A stretch of DNA of 62,954 bases, filler included, from Olpidium bornovanus S191 (lineage: Eukaryota > Fungi > Olpidiomycota): the NCBI GenBank assembly GCA_017911155.1. It is 28 parts of 28 records of this genome, joined end to end, with 100 filler letters (N's around TTAATTAATTAA, not from the genome) between each part and the next. Parts side by side here need not be neighbours in the genome. Positions count along the whole stretch, not along the records: positions 33,990 to 36,630 come from JAEFCI010011774.1; positions 36,731 to 40,057 come from JAEFCI010006314.1; positions 40,158 to 42,156 come from JAEFCI010006025.1; positions 42,257 to 43,675 come from JAEFCI010011521.1; positions 43,776 to 45,917 come from JAEFCI010000259.1; positions 46,018 to 47,862 come from JAEFCI010006190.1; 22 more parts are not named here. One strand, written 5' to 3'. The position numbers were made by a program, and so were the translations under genes. The notes under the pieces were generated by a model. The model saw nothing but the letters and a program-made list of their open reading frames with translations, made no database searches and was not told the origin of the DNA. This document shows positions 33,990 to 46,852 of this stretch, in pieces (the first letter of the stretch is position 1; each line of letters starts with the position of its first letter).

Positions 33990-36494
33990 GGCAGCGGCGA
34001 CTTGGGCAGAAACATCCCTGATCCGGTTGATCCGCGGATACAGCTGTCCGGCCTCTTTCTCTTCGGGCGTTAAGCTGTCTGCCACCGCCCGGGCTGCAGC
34101 GTAAATCATGCCGTCTGTGATCTTCGGCGGACGCGCCAGGATGGCTCCCGCTCCAATACCTGCACGGGACGAGAGCACATTCCACATTCCAGTCATCGCT
34201 ACGCTCCAACGGGCGGACGGCGGAAGGGCTCAAACCGAAGAAAGCAGCACCGACCAGGGAAACAATACATGTTGTTGCCTTGATCAGGACGCTGGGGACG
34301 GGACGCGCGTCACGACGAACGGGGTCGGCGTTTCAGTTTTCAATTTAGACGGCGACAGAGAAGGTGCGAGCGGTGCGCAGCTCGCTCGCGAGTATATACC
34401 TTGGTCTCGTTCGTTCCAGGGATCGTGTACGAGGGAAAGGCGGTTCCGCTGGCGAAGAGGACGGTGTTGTCCGTGCTCCTCATTGCCGTCTCAAAGTCGC
34501 ACTCGGACGCATCAGCCGGGTTGCTCAGCGGAAACACGATCGGCCGCTCGTTCAGGGCCTTCATCTTCCGCAAACGCTCTTCGGAGAACGCGCCGGGCTG
34601 TGACGAGAACCCGATCAGCGCCGTCGGCCTAACATAGTCGATGCACTCGTCCAGCGTCCTGGCCTGGAAACCCTTGTTATCTGTCCGCGCGAAGGCCTTT
34701 CGCCCTTCGGGGAGCTCGCCACCTCGGTCCGCAGTGACAAGCCCTTTCGAGTCCACCAACCAGATCTGGCGGCGGGCGTCATCCTCTGACAGTCCGGCCT
34801 CGGAAGTCAGAAACTCAATCAGCAGCTGCGCGACCCCAACAGTCGCCGACCCTGCACCGAAAAAGAGAATTCTGTGGTTCTGTGCGGGCACGCCCGAAAG
34901 ACGGATCGCTGTGCGAGTCGCAAGGTGGAAAAAAAATCCGAGTGGACGTCAATCGCAGAATCAGACGTACCATCCACCCCGCCAGCAATCAGGACGCGTA
35001 CCGTTGATGAAACCGGCGAGGATGACTGCCCCGGTGCCTTGGATGTCGTCGTTAAAGCAGAACTGGCGCAGAAACAAAAGTTCAGGCAACGTTTTCGTAG
35101 CCGTATCCGCCAAACTGCAAACGTACATATCGCTCGCGGTGGCGCTGTAAAAGCTCGAGGGCGTGGTTGCTCGAAAAATCCTCAAACTGCACGAGCATTT
35201 CCGGCCATTTGGTGCGCAGCGCAGCCAGGAAGCTGTCCATGAAGGCATGAAACTAGACCGGCGCGCCTTTCTCAGCACGCGGCAACGGATCATTACTTCT
35301 TGCTAAAACACGCGGTGCGCTTACCTCCCGGTCGTCCAACCTCCTTCGACGGCTTCCGATGTACAACTCATCCTTCAACAGTTTCTCGTTGTCGGTTCCA
35401 AGGTCCAACGTGATGGGGAGCGTCCGCCGAGGGTCGATGCCTGCGCCGTTATCTCTACTGTCACTTACTCTTGGTACGAAACGTCGACAACGCGCCCGAT
35501 CCTCGCAAACAACGACGACGCCAGTTACCAGCAGCTGCGGAATACAATTGAAGCTTTCCAACCTGGGAGCAAAAACGCGGGATGTCAAGGAATGCCGGGG
35601 CAAGACTACAGCGCCAATTAAGAAACCTACGGGTATCCCCATTCCGCCCACTCCCTGGTCCCCGAGCCCAAGGATTCGGCTTCCGTCCGTCACGACGGCG
35701 ATAAGGGGCGTAAGGTCAGGTTCAGCGGGGTCAGGCCGCCAGTTGCTGAAAATCTGATCCAGGCGTTTGAGGTCGTTGTGCGCCACGAACAAGCCGTCAG
35801 GGACTCCGGGCGGCGCCAGGAATGGATAGATGTGAGAGTACTGGACGCAAGCTGTCCCGACTGTCGGGGTGTAGATGATTGGCATGAGTTCCTTTAAAAC
35901 AGTTTCGCAGTCATATTAGTGTGAAAGCCGCGGGAGCACCGCGACGAGACAAGCCTGTCGTAGTAGGTGACCGCGCGGGCGAGAGCGCGAGACACAGAAC
36001 ACTCGTACCTCCAAATTGTCGAGCAGGCAGGAGTAGAGGAGCGCAGAGTTGGTATTCCTGAGGAAGGCCAGGAACATATATTTCTCGAGAGGAGTGGAGA
36101 TCGCGGCAAGGTGCTTCATGACCCTCGCTTTCTGGATTTCCACGGACTCGACGACGGGCGGGAGAATGCCTCTGAGCTTGAGGAGGTCGCGGTCCTCCTC
36201 GCTGGTTCCGGTGCTCTTGAACAGGAACTTGGACCGGACTGCGGCGTCCTCCTGGAGGACCACGACGGCCTGTTTCGCCGCGGACAGCCTGGCGCCGGAG
36301 GCAGCCGCGAGCGCCCCGGCGGGATCCGCGACGCGGACGGCCGACGACGAAGCGAGGCGTTCGCCCGGGGCCATCTTTCGGGTGGTGGGGCGGCGCAGCC
36401 AGGCAAGCGCGAGCGCGGGCAGGGACGCGAGGCGGGCAGTGGGGAGCAAGAAGGAGACGGAGGGGTGAGCGCTGTGAATGGGCGCGGGGAGCAT
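33990..36494 (-). CDS. Malic enzyme (3-prime partial)
   Basis: LRGILPP, PLEKYMFL, LMPIIYTPTVG, VVTDGSRILGLGDQG, LDLGTDN, QFEDF, FNDDIQGTGAV, FFGAGSA, VDSKGLV, FPLSNP, FASGTAF, GIGAGA. In-frame ATGs at 36494 and 36374. Confidence 0.97.
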
Positions 36495-36730
36495 GACCCC
36501 GGGGCGCGGGGGGGGGGGGGGGGGGGGGGGTTTTGGGGGGGGGGGAAAAAAAAGGGAGGGGGGGGCGGGGGGAGAGCGGAGGTTGTTGTTCTCTTCGGGT
36601 TGTGTGCGTGTGGCGCAGACAACAACAAACNNNNNNNNNNNNNNNNNNNNNNNNNNNNNNNNNNNNNNNNNNNNTTAATTAATTAANNNNNNNNNNNNNN
36701 NNNNNNNNNNNNNNNNNNNNNNNNNNNNNN

Positions 36731-37790
36731 CCATGACGCGCACGGCGGCGTGCTTGTGGACCAGTGTCGGTACCAGTGCTTTCGTAATGGCGTCTTCGCA
36801 TAGAGCGACGCGTGCAGGTGCAGCGTTGGAAATTTCCATAACGAGCTTGCACGACTCCTACGCAAACTCGATTTTTCCTGTTAGCAGATCCCTTGAACCG
36901 AAGACGCAAAAGGTAGCGGACGGTCGCACCTTTTGGACCGCGGCGTACGGGTCTTTCAACGTGCACTTGACGACGCCGACAACGTCGTCGACATATACAT
37001 CTGCGCCCTTTCCCAAAAATTGCACGATTTTCAGCAGGATGTTGACGAGCTGCAACCGTATTTCTTCGGACGGTTCGCATATTTCCTGGTCCGCCAGCCG
37101 GCTGGCGATCGCCGGGACCAGATATGGCAGAACGGGAGACACGTCGGATGCTGCTTCGACAAAACTGCCGAAAAACCGGACAGGGCGTTGTCACAAATGG
37201 AGAGCTGAAGCACCGTTTGGCGCACGTCCTTATCTACGAGGACCCCCGAAAAGCGCAACTTCAAGCTGTTCCCGACCGTGATACCTCGCGACCGTCTGGA
37301 CCGCCACCTCGCGGCACATCTCGACCTCATCCGCGAAAAGTTTGGTGAGGGGCCTCGCAAGCTCCTCAAAAAGGGCAGTGGCAAGCGGTTTGGAAAGGGG
37401 CGGTTCCATTCCAACCGTCTCGCGTTGGACGCGTTTCACAGCCATGCGCTTCGTGGCCCTGTCCGTGGCGGGGTCGTCCAATCTGTTGAGGTCACGCTGG
37501 AGAGACTGCAGGTTGGACGCGAAATTGGTGGGTTGGGGGCGATTCGACGCGCAGTGCGGCGATCCGGCATGAGACGCGTGAGCCCGAGCCCCCGCCCCCT
37601 TGCCCCCCCCCCGCCAATACGAGCACGACCCGGAGGGCCTCTAAACCGGAACGCGGGAACCAGCCGCCGCGGATCGCGAAGCCACGGGGTCGTCCCCGGG
37701 CGGCAGTACCTTGCATTTCTCGTCCACTTCCGCCCGCTCCGCGCGGCCGAGCTCCTGCTCGCGGGCCGCGGTGTCCACGGTTCCCATCAT
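36731..37790 (-). CDS. DNAAF5: Dynein axonemal assembly factor 5 (HEATR2), N-terminal part
   Basis: Exons 37790-37710, 37505-37285, 37164-36930 and 36857-36731. Motifs: LQRDLNRL, LFADEVEMCRE, LPYLVPAIASRL, EPSEEIRLQL, LKDPYAAVQK|ESC, LVHKHAAVRV. Confidence 0.9.
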
Positions 37791-38072
37791 AGTGCGGCTG
37801 GTCTCCGGCGGTGGCGCGCGGGGCACGCCCCTGCGCACGCGCGTAAGCCCGGGGGAAAAGGGGGCGAGCCGTGCGCACGAGAAGGCGGGAAAACCAGCGC
37901 CCGAGAGAAAGCCGGCGCCCCTGTCGGAAGGTGCGGAAGGCGCGAGATCTCTCTTTCGAGATCCCCCGGCGGCGCGGAGTGCGCGGGCGTTCCTGCCGAC
38001 TTTGGCGATCGGCGGACGGCTTCTTCACCGTCTGACACCCCACCCCGTCACGCGGGCGCGAACGGCCCGGCG

Positions 38073-38082
38073 GTCACGTGAC
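38073..38082. promoter_or_regulatory. GTCACGTGAC palindrome (bHLH-ZIP/Cbf1-type site) in a bidirectional promoter
   Basis: Perfect 10-bp palindrome between the divergent DNAAF5 and TMEM17 starts. The same motif occurs at 3846, 24743 and 33858. Confidence 0.6.
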
Positions 38083-38158
38083 TCCGGATTTTCAAAAAAA
38101 AAAAAACGCGCTCTGCCCCGCCTCCCCGCCGGGTTCCTGCTGCCCCGGTCCCTGCCCC

Positions 38159-39924
38159 ATGGACGGCCGCGAGCAACCCGCCGCTCCGCCTGGCGACGCG
38201 CGTGAGCAGCCGGAGTTGCGGCACGAGCAGGGGCAAGGGAGGCGGCGGCAGGAGCCTTTCCTCTCGCTGCTCGCGCAGCTGCCACGGGCGGACGACGACG
38301 CGCAGGCTGGCGCCCGGAGGTCGAACGAGGGAAGCCGGCCGGTCTTGTTTGGCCACGACAGAGATCCACCGGCGGCGGGAAAGCGCAAAGGCGTGGTGGG
38401 CGACCCTGCAGGGATCGCAGACAGGCCGCTCAGGAATGACCGGGCCAGGCACGCGACGATTGTCGCGTCGGCCATTCTCAGTGACGCAGACGAGGAATGG
38501 GGCATACCGTCACGCGCGTCGGGCGGCAGTACAGAAGACGGCATCAACCGTGGGTCGGCGTTCCTCGCCGGTCGCGGCGGGCGGTCCGGCACCGTCGTGC
38601 AGAGCGCTGCGGACCTCCGCCGGGCGTCCGCGTCGCGGAGCTCACCGTCGGTCGCCTTGTTCCCGAACGTGCTCCAATCGCTGGCCGAGCGCGCGTTCCC
38701 CACGTACAGGGATCTGATCAGGCCAGCCGGTGACAAGCCCGGCGCCCCAGACGGTGGGCCTGCCGCGTCCTACGGACCTGTGCACGTCGCAGCGAGGAAT
38801 CGCGCCGGAACAATAGGTATGCGGGGATCGGTTTCCCCGGAAACCGGGAACTTAAGTCTGCCTGGTTACGGCACGCTTTTTTCTTGTGACGGCGCGTGGC
38901 GGCGGCGGTGCGTGATTGGAGATATCAGTTGGACCGAAAGACGGCAAATTTTTTGTTTACGCCGACGCTACAGGAATCGAAATCAGTTCTTCTCTCCCGC
39001 TCCAGATGCTCTTGTATTTCAACGTATGGTTCTCACCGTTCTGGTGGCTCGCCACCATCATTGTAACAAAGTTCAAGGTACAACAGGCACGCCACTGTTT
39101 CGATGCTATTCTTCCGCGCATAGTTAATCTTCCTGCTGCAACGTGAATCGGCCAACTACCCGGTGTATCCTTTCTGATCACGGAAAAGGTTACGCACTTC
39201 GCAACAGGAGTTTTTCACGAATTTTTGATGTGGACGGTTATCATCGTTTACGCGGTCAGCGAGCCGGTGAGGATATATCTGGGCTACAATGGAAACCTGA
39301 GAGAAAAGGTGCAAGCAACTGCAAGAAACGCGGCCGACGACGGCAGCTTGATTGATCTGAGGCGATGCGGCTTACTGACAACTTCACGGCACAAATTTTT
39401 CACTTGGGCGACAGGTCCCAGAGCTCACCGGGTTTTTCCTCCTAACGCTCTTCCCTACCATCCCGATAGTGGCTTACGGCGCCGGCCTGCAGACTGTGCT
39501 CGGGGGGTTTCACCTCCCGTTCGACGTGGCGCTGAACGTTGTTTACCTCTTGGCGATGTTGCTGCCGCAGTGCGTGGCGGTCTATCTCGCGATCCGCAAA
39601 CTAATCGCGGCGCAGGCCGCCCACTTTGCGGTCACCGTCGGCGGCAGCGCGCTCGGCGCATTCCCCGGCGATGAGGAAGAGGAGTCGGATTCCTCATTTG
39701 GAGGTGTGAAGGACGACGGCGATGACGGCGGCGACCATCGCCTCCCGGGGAGGAGGAGCCGACGGAATCGTCGGCGGGTCCCGAAGAGGGACGAGTACCT
39801 CGGAATCGCAGCGGAAGAAGGCACGTCGGATCTGACGAGGGAGGCAGGTGTCAGTACGGCCATCGGACCGGGTCCCTCGCGAGGCTCGCTGTGGATGCTA
39901 GACCGCATCGGTGCCGCGGATTGA
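38159..39924 (+). CDS. TMEM17: TMEM17-family ciliary transition-zone protein
   Basis: Exons 38159-38816, 38974-39077, 39189-39308 and 39415-39924. Motifs: SSLPLQMLLYFNVWFSPFW, EPVRIYLGYNGNLREK|VPELTGFFLLT, AIRKLIAAQAAHF. The start codon is uncertain. Confidence 0.92.
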
Positions 39925-40288
39925 AGTGGACGTCAGCATGGTGCTCTGCACACGACCAGGAAGAACAACGACACCTAAGGTATGGTCTTGGCCTGCTGCG
40001 GAAGATACACAATTTCGAGGGAAACCTCCAGCGTGCGTGTAATTCAAACCCGGCTGCNNNNNNNNNNNNNNNNNNNNNNNNNNNNNNNNNNNNNNNNNNN
40101 NTTAATTAATTAANNNNNNNNNNNNNNNNNNNNNNNNNNNNNNNNNNNNNNNNNNNNAAAAAAGAAATTCAAGCAAATTATCTGCATATGCACGCACGGC
40201 CCAACCCGGGTGCCTGTCCCCGGGCGCGCGCGCCGGCGGAGTGGGGGAAGGGGGGGGGGGGGGGGGGGGAGGGGGGGGGTGGGGGGGG

Positions 40289-40344
<56 letters not shown>

Positions 40345-40486
40345 GGGGGTGGAACGCTAGCTTTCTCGGCTGAGGGTGGTTTTTTTCGAAAGCCGGGGAC
40401 CGACTTTTCCTGCCTCTCTCTCACTTTCTCATTTTGTCTCCAAAATCGGAACGACAAACGAATAATAATAATAATAATAATAAAAG

Positions 40487-41065
40487 GTCAACCTGACTGC
40501 GGATCGCAACGCGCTCGACAGTTGTTACAAAGAAGTCAACGGCCACTACGTGAACATGTACAACGAGGCGAAGTACCTCGTCCACGCTCTGGAAAGAAAA
40601 GAGCACGACACCAACCTTTACAAAGGGAAGCTTCTCGAAATAAAAGAAGGTCGGTGTCATATTTTTTATTTTCCGCCTGATCTTTGTTGACAAAACAACA
40701 TAGACGGAATTTGAAAAAAAAAAACGTAGGTGAGGAGGGGGGGGAATTTGTAACGTGTGTTGCAATCTTGCAAAAAACAGGCGGCAACGTGAAGCCTTTG
40801 CAGATTGCAATAGGCAAGCTGCGCAAGGAGCTCGACAACAGCCTGGCGCAAAACGACAAGTTGCAGGTAAAAATGTAACTTTGGTTTTTTTTTCCATTTT
40901 TTTTTATGGAGAGCAAACGCAAAAAGCGCACGGTGCGGGCGGCGATTAATTATGTTTTTTGGTTTTTACGTGCATTTCAAGAGCTTGTGGGTAGAGTCCC
41001 AGAAAAACGCGTTCAAACTACAGGAAACTATCAACAAAGTCACTGCCGACAACAGCTTCCTCAGC
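40487..41065 (+). CDS. CCDC40-like axonemal coiled-coil protein, internal exons
   Basis: Exons 40487-40649, 40781-40866 and 40982-41065 give LERKEHDTNLYKGKL..GGNVKPLQIAIGKLRKEL...LQSLWVESQK. This follows the CCDC40 pattern IERKQ..I..Y.K.L..GG..PL..I..L.K.....Q..W...Q. Confidence 0.6.
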
Positions 41066-41156
41066 GTACGACACTTTCGATCCCCAGGCGGGTTTTTGCG
41101 GCCAGTGTATATCCTCCCTGCTAATATCAAAGTCAAAAAAAAAAAACGTCCGGCTG

Positions 41157-41189
<33 letters not shown>

Positions 41190-41225
41190 AAAAAAAGATA
41201 ACGGCGAAAAAAAGGAACAAGATAA

Positions 41226-42156
<931 letters not shown>

Positions 42157-43445
42157 NNNNNNNNNNNNNNNNNNNNNNNNNNNNNNNNNNNNNNNNNNNN
42201 TTAATTAATTAANNNNNNNNNNNNNNNNNNNNNNNNNNNNNNNNNNNNNNNNNNNNTTCCCCCCCCCCCCCCCCCCTCCCTCCCCCTTTCCCCGGCGACT
42301 TCAGCGCAATTTTTATTCCCGCCCCGAACCCGCGGTGTTCGAGTTTTCTTTGCGGCAGATCAGGAGCGGCAGAGGGTCGCGGGCCATCCAATTCGCTTCC
42401 ACGTCGGGGCTCGCGCGCGGCGCGGCGGCCGCCGCCTTGGGGTGATGTAACCGGGCGCGGACATCGCGCAACTTGCGCTTCTAGCTCTCTCCCTCTTCTC
42501 TCTCTCCACACACGAGCGAAGCCGAGAGCGAAATCGGAAAGCAAACCGCATGAAAGCATTGCGGAAAGGAGCGGCGGCGGCCCTGTCGATGACACTTGCT
42601 TCGCGCGAGAAAAGACGCGTTTTTTGTTGGTCTGCTCTTTGGGACGAGTGGGGGGGGCGTCTGCGTTCCGCGGGCGGCGCGGGGCGGAGGGCTGTGGGGG
42701 GAAGGGCTCGACGGGCGGGAGGATGACGCAACTGCGGACGAGCGGCGGAGAAATTGGGCGATGACGTCACGCGCGCGCGCGAACAACGCCCCTGCCCTCG
42801 CCGCCACAGCTCCCGGGAGCAGAAGGGGCCAGCAACAAAAACGAAAGAAAAGAATCGCGCCCTCTCTTTCTTTTTTTTCTTGGCGCAGCACGCAGACGAC
42901 CTCAGCCAGAGGCTTTGTCCTCGTTTTACAACCGTCCCTTTTCCCCAATCTGCTTACCTGCCATACTTCGGTCAAATACGGTCAGTTGCCAAACGGACCT
43001 GCGGTTAGCACTCCGCTTTCGCGACCGCGCGGCCGCGCTCCCTCCCTGCTTTTTCTCGCACGCCACAGCCGGTTCGGACCCCCTCTCCGTGTCATCCGCG
43101 CTCTGAGTTTTTTCGCCTTCTCCCCCGGAAACAAATGAACAGAAAAGACAACCCAGAAAAGAAAAACCGGGAGAGAAGAAGCCAAAAAAAGGTGCGGCAA
43201 AAGTAGATTGTGCGAGAACCCCCATTCCGTTCCCTGCCGCTCGCTAGCTCGCCCGCCCGCCGCACACGTTTATCCCGCGCCGTGTTGCCCGCGGGTGGGA
43301 AGAGGGGCATGCCGAGGAGCTGCGGACGGGACAATAAAACGCGGGCAGCGAACTCTCCGGCGCTTCGACTCAAGGACTTTTTTCTCTGTTCTCCATCGAA
43401 AACCCGTTGCTCGGGAAAACGCGAATTTTAGTTTTTTAGGGAAAA

Positions 43446-43577
43446 ATGGCGCTGAACGCCGCTGCCAATCTCCTCCAGTCGCGCCTCGGCGAACGACCCA
43501 CGTCGGTAACCAACAAGCCTGATGTTGCCGCCGGCGAGACCATGAAGGCCCTCGCATGGTTCGGAAAGAATGATATA
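43446..43577 (+). CDS. Zn-dependent alcohol/formaldehyde dehydrogenase (fungal YbdR-like), first exon
   Basis: MALNAAANLLQSRLGERPTSV...GETMKALAWFGKNDI followed by a GTACGT donor. MKAL.W.GK.D is the typical start of this MDR subfamily. Confidence 0.75.
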
Positions 43578-43775
43578 GTACGTTGCTGGACGACCGGCCT
43601 TCCGCCGCTGCTGTTTCCTCCTTTTCTTGCCAACACCGCATCGTTTTCCTACAATAATAAACGCCCTTGCCAAAANNNNNNNNNNNNNNNNNNNNNNNNN
43701 NNNNNNNNNNNNNNNNNNNTTAATTAATTAANNNNNNNNNNNNNNNNNNNNNNNNNNNNNNNNNNNNNNNNNNNN

Positions 43776-44370
43776 ACAAAGGGAATTAATTTCAATGAGA
43801 CATTTTCGGCCGCTGTGTCGGCGACCGCCTTCAAGACCATCATTTCCACAGCAACTCACTTCCGATGGACCATCCGCCAGAAAGATGTCGTGCATGTGCA
43901 CCTTAATGGAAAGCCCAATGACGAGATCTTCTTAAAACAGGCCAAAGTGTTTTTGTGGTGAAATCGGAGGCTGCCCCTCGAGAGGACGTTTTACGGCTTA
44001 TCGCAAAGCGGAATAATCCAGAACCAAATGTTGCACCTTCAAATTTACTTGACTCGGACTGAAGCATTTCTCCACCGGGGTTTAGGTGTACGCTCTCCCG
44101 CACAAAACGCGAAACATCGCGGATGCGCAACTGGTTGGCGTCGTCTACCGTAGAGAATATTATCCTGGCAGGAGCGGACCAAGCCCCTCGTCAAACTATT
44201 CGAGAACAACCTGGCCAAAAAGTTCATAACGGCTGACTGAGTGAAAAAAAATCTCCGTTTTTCGGAGTCCGCAATCTCGACCATCGAGGAGCACGCATCC
44301 TAGACCAGCAGCACTGTTCCCGCCAAGCGGTTCGCAAAATCTGGGCAAGGCGGACGCAAACACCATTGGC
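43776..44370 (+). mobile_element. Degenerate Ty1/copia reverse transcriptase fragment
   Basis: Across stops and frameshifts: GINFNETFS..A.HFRWTIRQKDV..LNGK..EIFLKQ (cf. GIDYxETFS..W.I.QMDV..AFLNG..EEIYM.Q), LERTFYGLSQSG, VVY-VENIILAG (decayed YVDD, 44146-44158), KKF..D..RFFGV, ILDQ. Not in the ORF track. Confidence 0.85.
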
Positions 44371-44889
44371 CACGCCTTGGCAATCTCAGCCTACAAGAGA
44401 GCAAATATAATCTATATTTACATTTAGATTTACATCAATCTGTCTGTTAGTGATATTTATTATTTAATAGAATACAAAAAGAAGCGCCGAGTTTGCTAGG
44501 CCGAAAGCGATTTGGGCCGCTGATGCGGCTGGCCTTACGACCTGGCAGAGGACATCGACATCAAAATGCCACCAAACACATCCAGGCTATCGCAAAGGCA
44601 ACAAGAAACACACACCAGAAAACTGAATCCCCGTATGCCCCTGATGGTGGCGCTGTTAAAATTACGCTGCATCTTTCTGTCTGAGAAGTCGCCGTCTGGT
44701 CCCCGGGTTCTCGGAATTCTACGCTTCGAATTGCAACCAGAGGACGGGGAAGCGGGAGGTGGGGCTTGGCGGGGGGCCGGTGGGAGGCGGGGGGGTTTGC
44801 CCGGCGGAGCTTTTGTTCGGGCGGAAACGCCCGGGCGCTCCGTCCCTCTCTCTTTCCGGCCCAGAGCCCTGAACGGGGCCCAGATCGCC

Positions 44890-45917
44890 ATGACGCCGAA
44901 AGCGCCGACGCCGACGGTGGCGGAGAAAAGCGCGCGCCCGGCTGCGTCGAGCGGAACCCGGCCGGGCGCGAAGCGGCCCTCGCCCCTCCCGTCCGCCGCG
45001 TCCTCCTCGTCGTCTTCAGCTGCCGCCCTGGGCGCGCCGGTGGCCTCCACGTCGCGGCGTCTCTCTTCCAAGGTGACCTCTCCCTCCCCCCACCACGCAC
45101 CCGCCCCCAAAACAACGGTTCCCGCAGGGGCCGGGGAGATCGAACGGACAAGATGTCGCTCACTTCCGCGCGTTGTGCGCGGGCGGCGTTTGTCCCACAA
45201 CGTTTGTGCTTTTCACAGAATGCGCTGTTTCTTGCCTGACGTTGTCGGCCCCGCCTGGCCGTTTTCCTCCCCAGGCACGGAACAACACCAAAAGCCTTTT
45301 CGCGGCGGTGACCGCGGACGAGAACGCCCGTCGAACCAAGCGGCCGCAACGAACGGCGGCGGCACAAAATTCTTCTGTCGCTAAGCCGAAACCAAAGGCT
45401 GCCGCCGCGACTGTCAGCGGGAGCCGGCGCGCAGCGGAACCGCCGACGACGCCGGTAGGACTGGGTACCAATCCCAGGAGGCCGGCCCGCAGGCCAAAGC
45501 TCCCTGATCAGACGGTGCCCGGTGATCCGCCTGTTGCGAAGCCTTCGCAAGAACACCATTGCAAGCCGCCCGGGCTGCACGGGTCCGGGTTTGCTGCTCG
45601 CGGCGTTGACGCGTTTTTGCCAGCGTCGACAACGGGCTGTCCGGCCCCCACCGGTGCCACGAAAAGAACGACTCCGCTGTCGCTCCGCAGGCCTTTACCC
45701 GCGTCCCGCGATTCCCCATTGCGCAAGTCTGTTCCCGGATCACCGAAGGCTTCGCCTTCGACCCCACTGAATTCAACGGGACAGCGGGCAGAGATCGACA
45801 CTCCTGGACCTGGCTTCAGTCCACTGGTCTGCTCGAAGGCGTCCAGAGACCGGGTTGTCTGGGTCCCGTCACCGCCGACCGAGCTGCTCAAAAGGGCGGC
45901 CGAGAAAGGTGGCCATG
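44890..45917 (+). CDS. Possible hypothetical Ser/Pro/Ala-rich protein (partial)
   Basis: ATG at 44890 in a long low-complexity frame, with a second open frame to the contig end. No domain recognised. Confidence 0.3.
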
Positions 45918-46852
45918 NNNNNNNNNNNNNNNNNNNNNNNNNNNNNNNNNNNNNNNNNNNNTTAATTAATTAANNNNNNNNNNNNNNNNNNNNNNNNNNN
46001 NNNNNNNNNNNNNNNNNAATAACCAAACCAAAACACACCGAAACCGAGGAGGAAAAAAAAAGGAAAAGCAAAACGTAGGCAGCAGCAGCAGCACCAGCAG
46101 CGCCGTGGAAAAGAGGCGCGCGGGGGGGGGGGCGGGGGCGGGGGCGGGGGCGCGGCGGGAACCCCGGAGGAGCAGGAGCTGGAGGGAGGAAGCAGGAGGA
46201 CGAACGGAGGACGAGGAGCAGGAGAACGGACGGAAGAGGGGCCACGACGAAACGGAAAGGAAGGGCGGACACGCCCCCTTTTGGCCCCCCCCCCCCCCCC
46301 CCCCCCCCCCCTCTCCCCCCCCCCCCCCCCCCCCGTAGCTCCTCTTGTCGCCCCTCCTCCCGCTTGTGCCGAGTGCGATATAGGGGTCGGAGGACCCGAA
46401 AGAGAGGGGCGGGGATAAGGGAGGGTGCGCGCGCGTCGTTCGCCTTGTCAGGGCCCATAATCCTTTCCCGAAGGCCCCGCGCTGCGGGACGTGAACCTTC
46501 CTGTCCCCATTCCCCCCTCCCCCCCCCCCCCCCCCCCCCTTTTCTCTCGCCGGTGGGACCGTCGGGGAGTCTCTGCACGGGCGAAAAGCCCCCGTGCCGG
46601 CGTGCAGCGCGAAAGCGTTCGGGTGGCGGCAGCTCTAAGCCGGCACCTTGTCGCGCATTGCTGTCGGCCTGCGCTTACTTCTGCGGGGCGTTCTTTTGCT
46701 TTGAGGCCCTGGCGGGTTGTGGTGGCGCCTGTCGGCGAACCCCGTCGTGAATACCCGGAACCTTTTGTGTGCTAACCCTTCCGCGCTTTTTCCCCCAGCT
46801 CACCATCCGCCCGCCCCCTTTTCCCGGAAAAACGAACAAGCAGTAACTCGCC

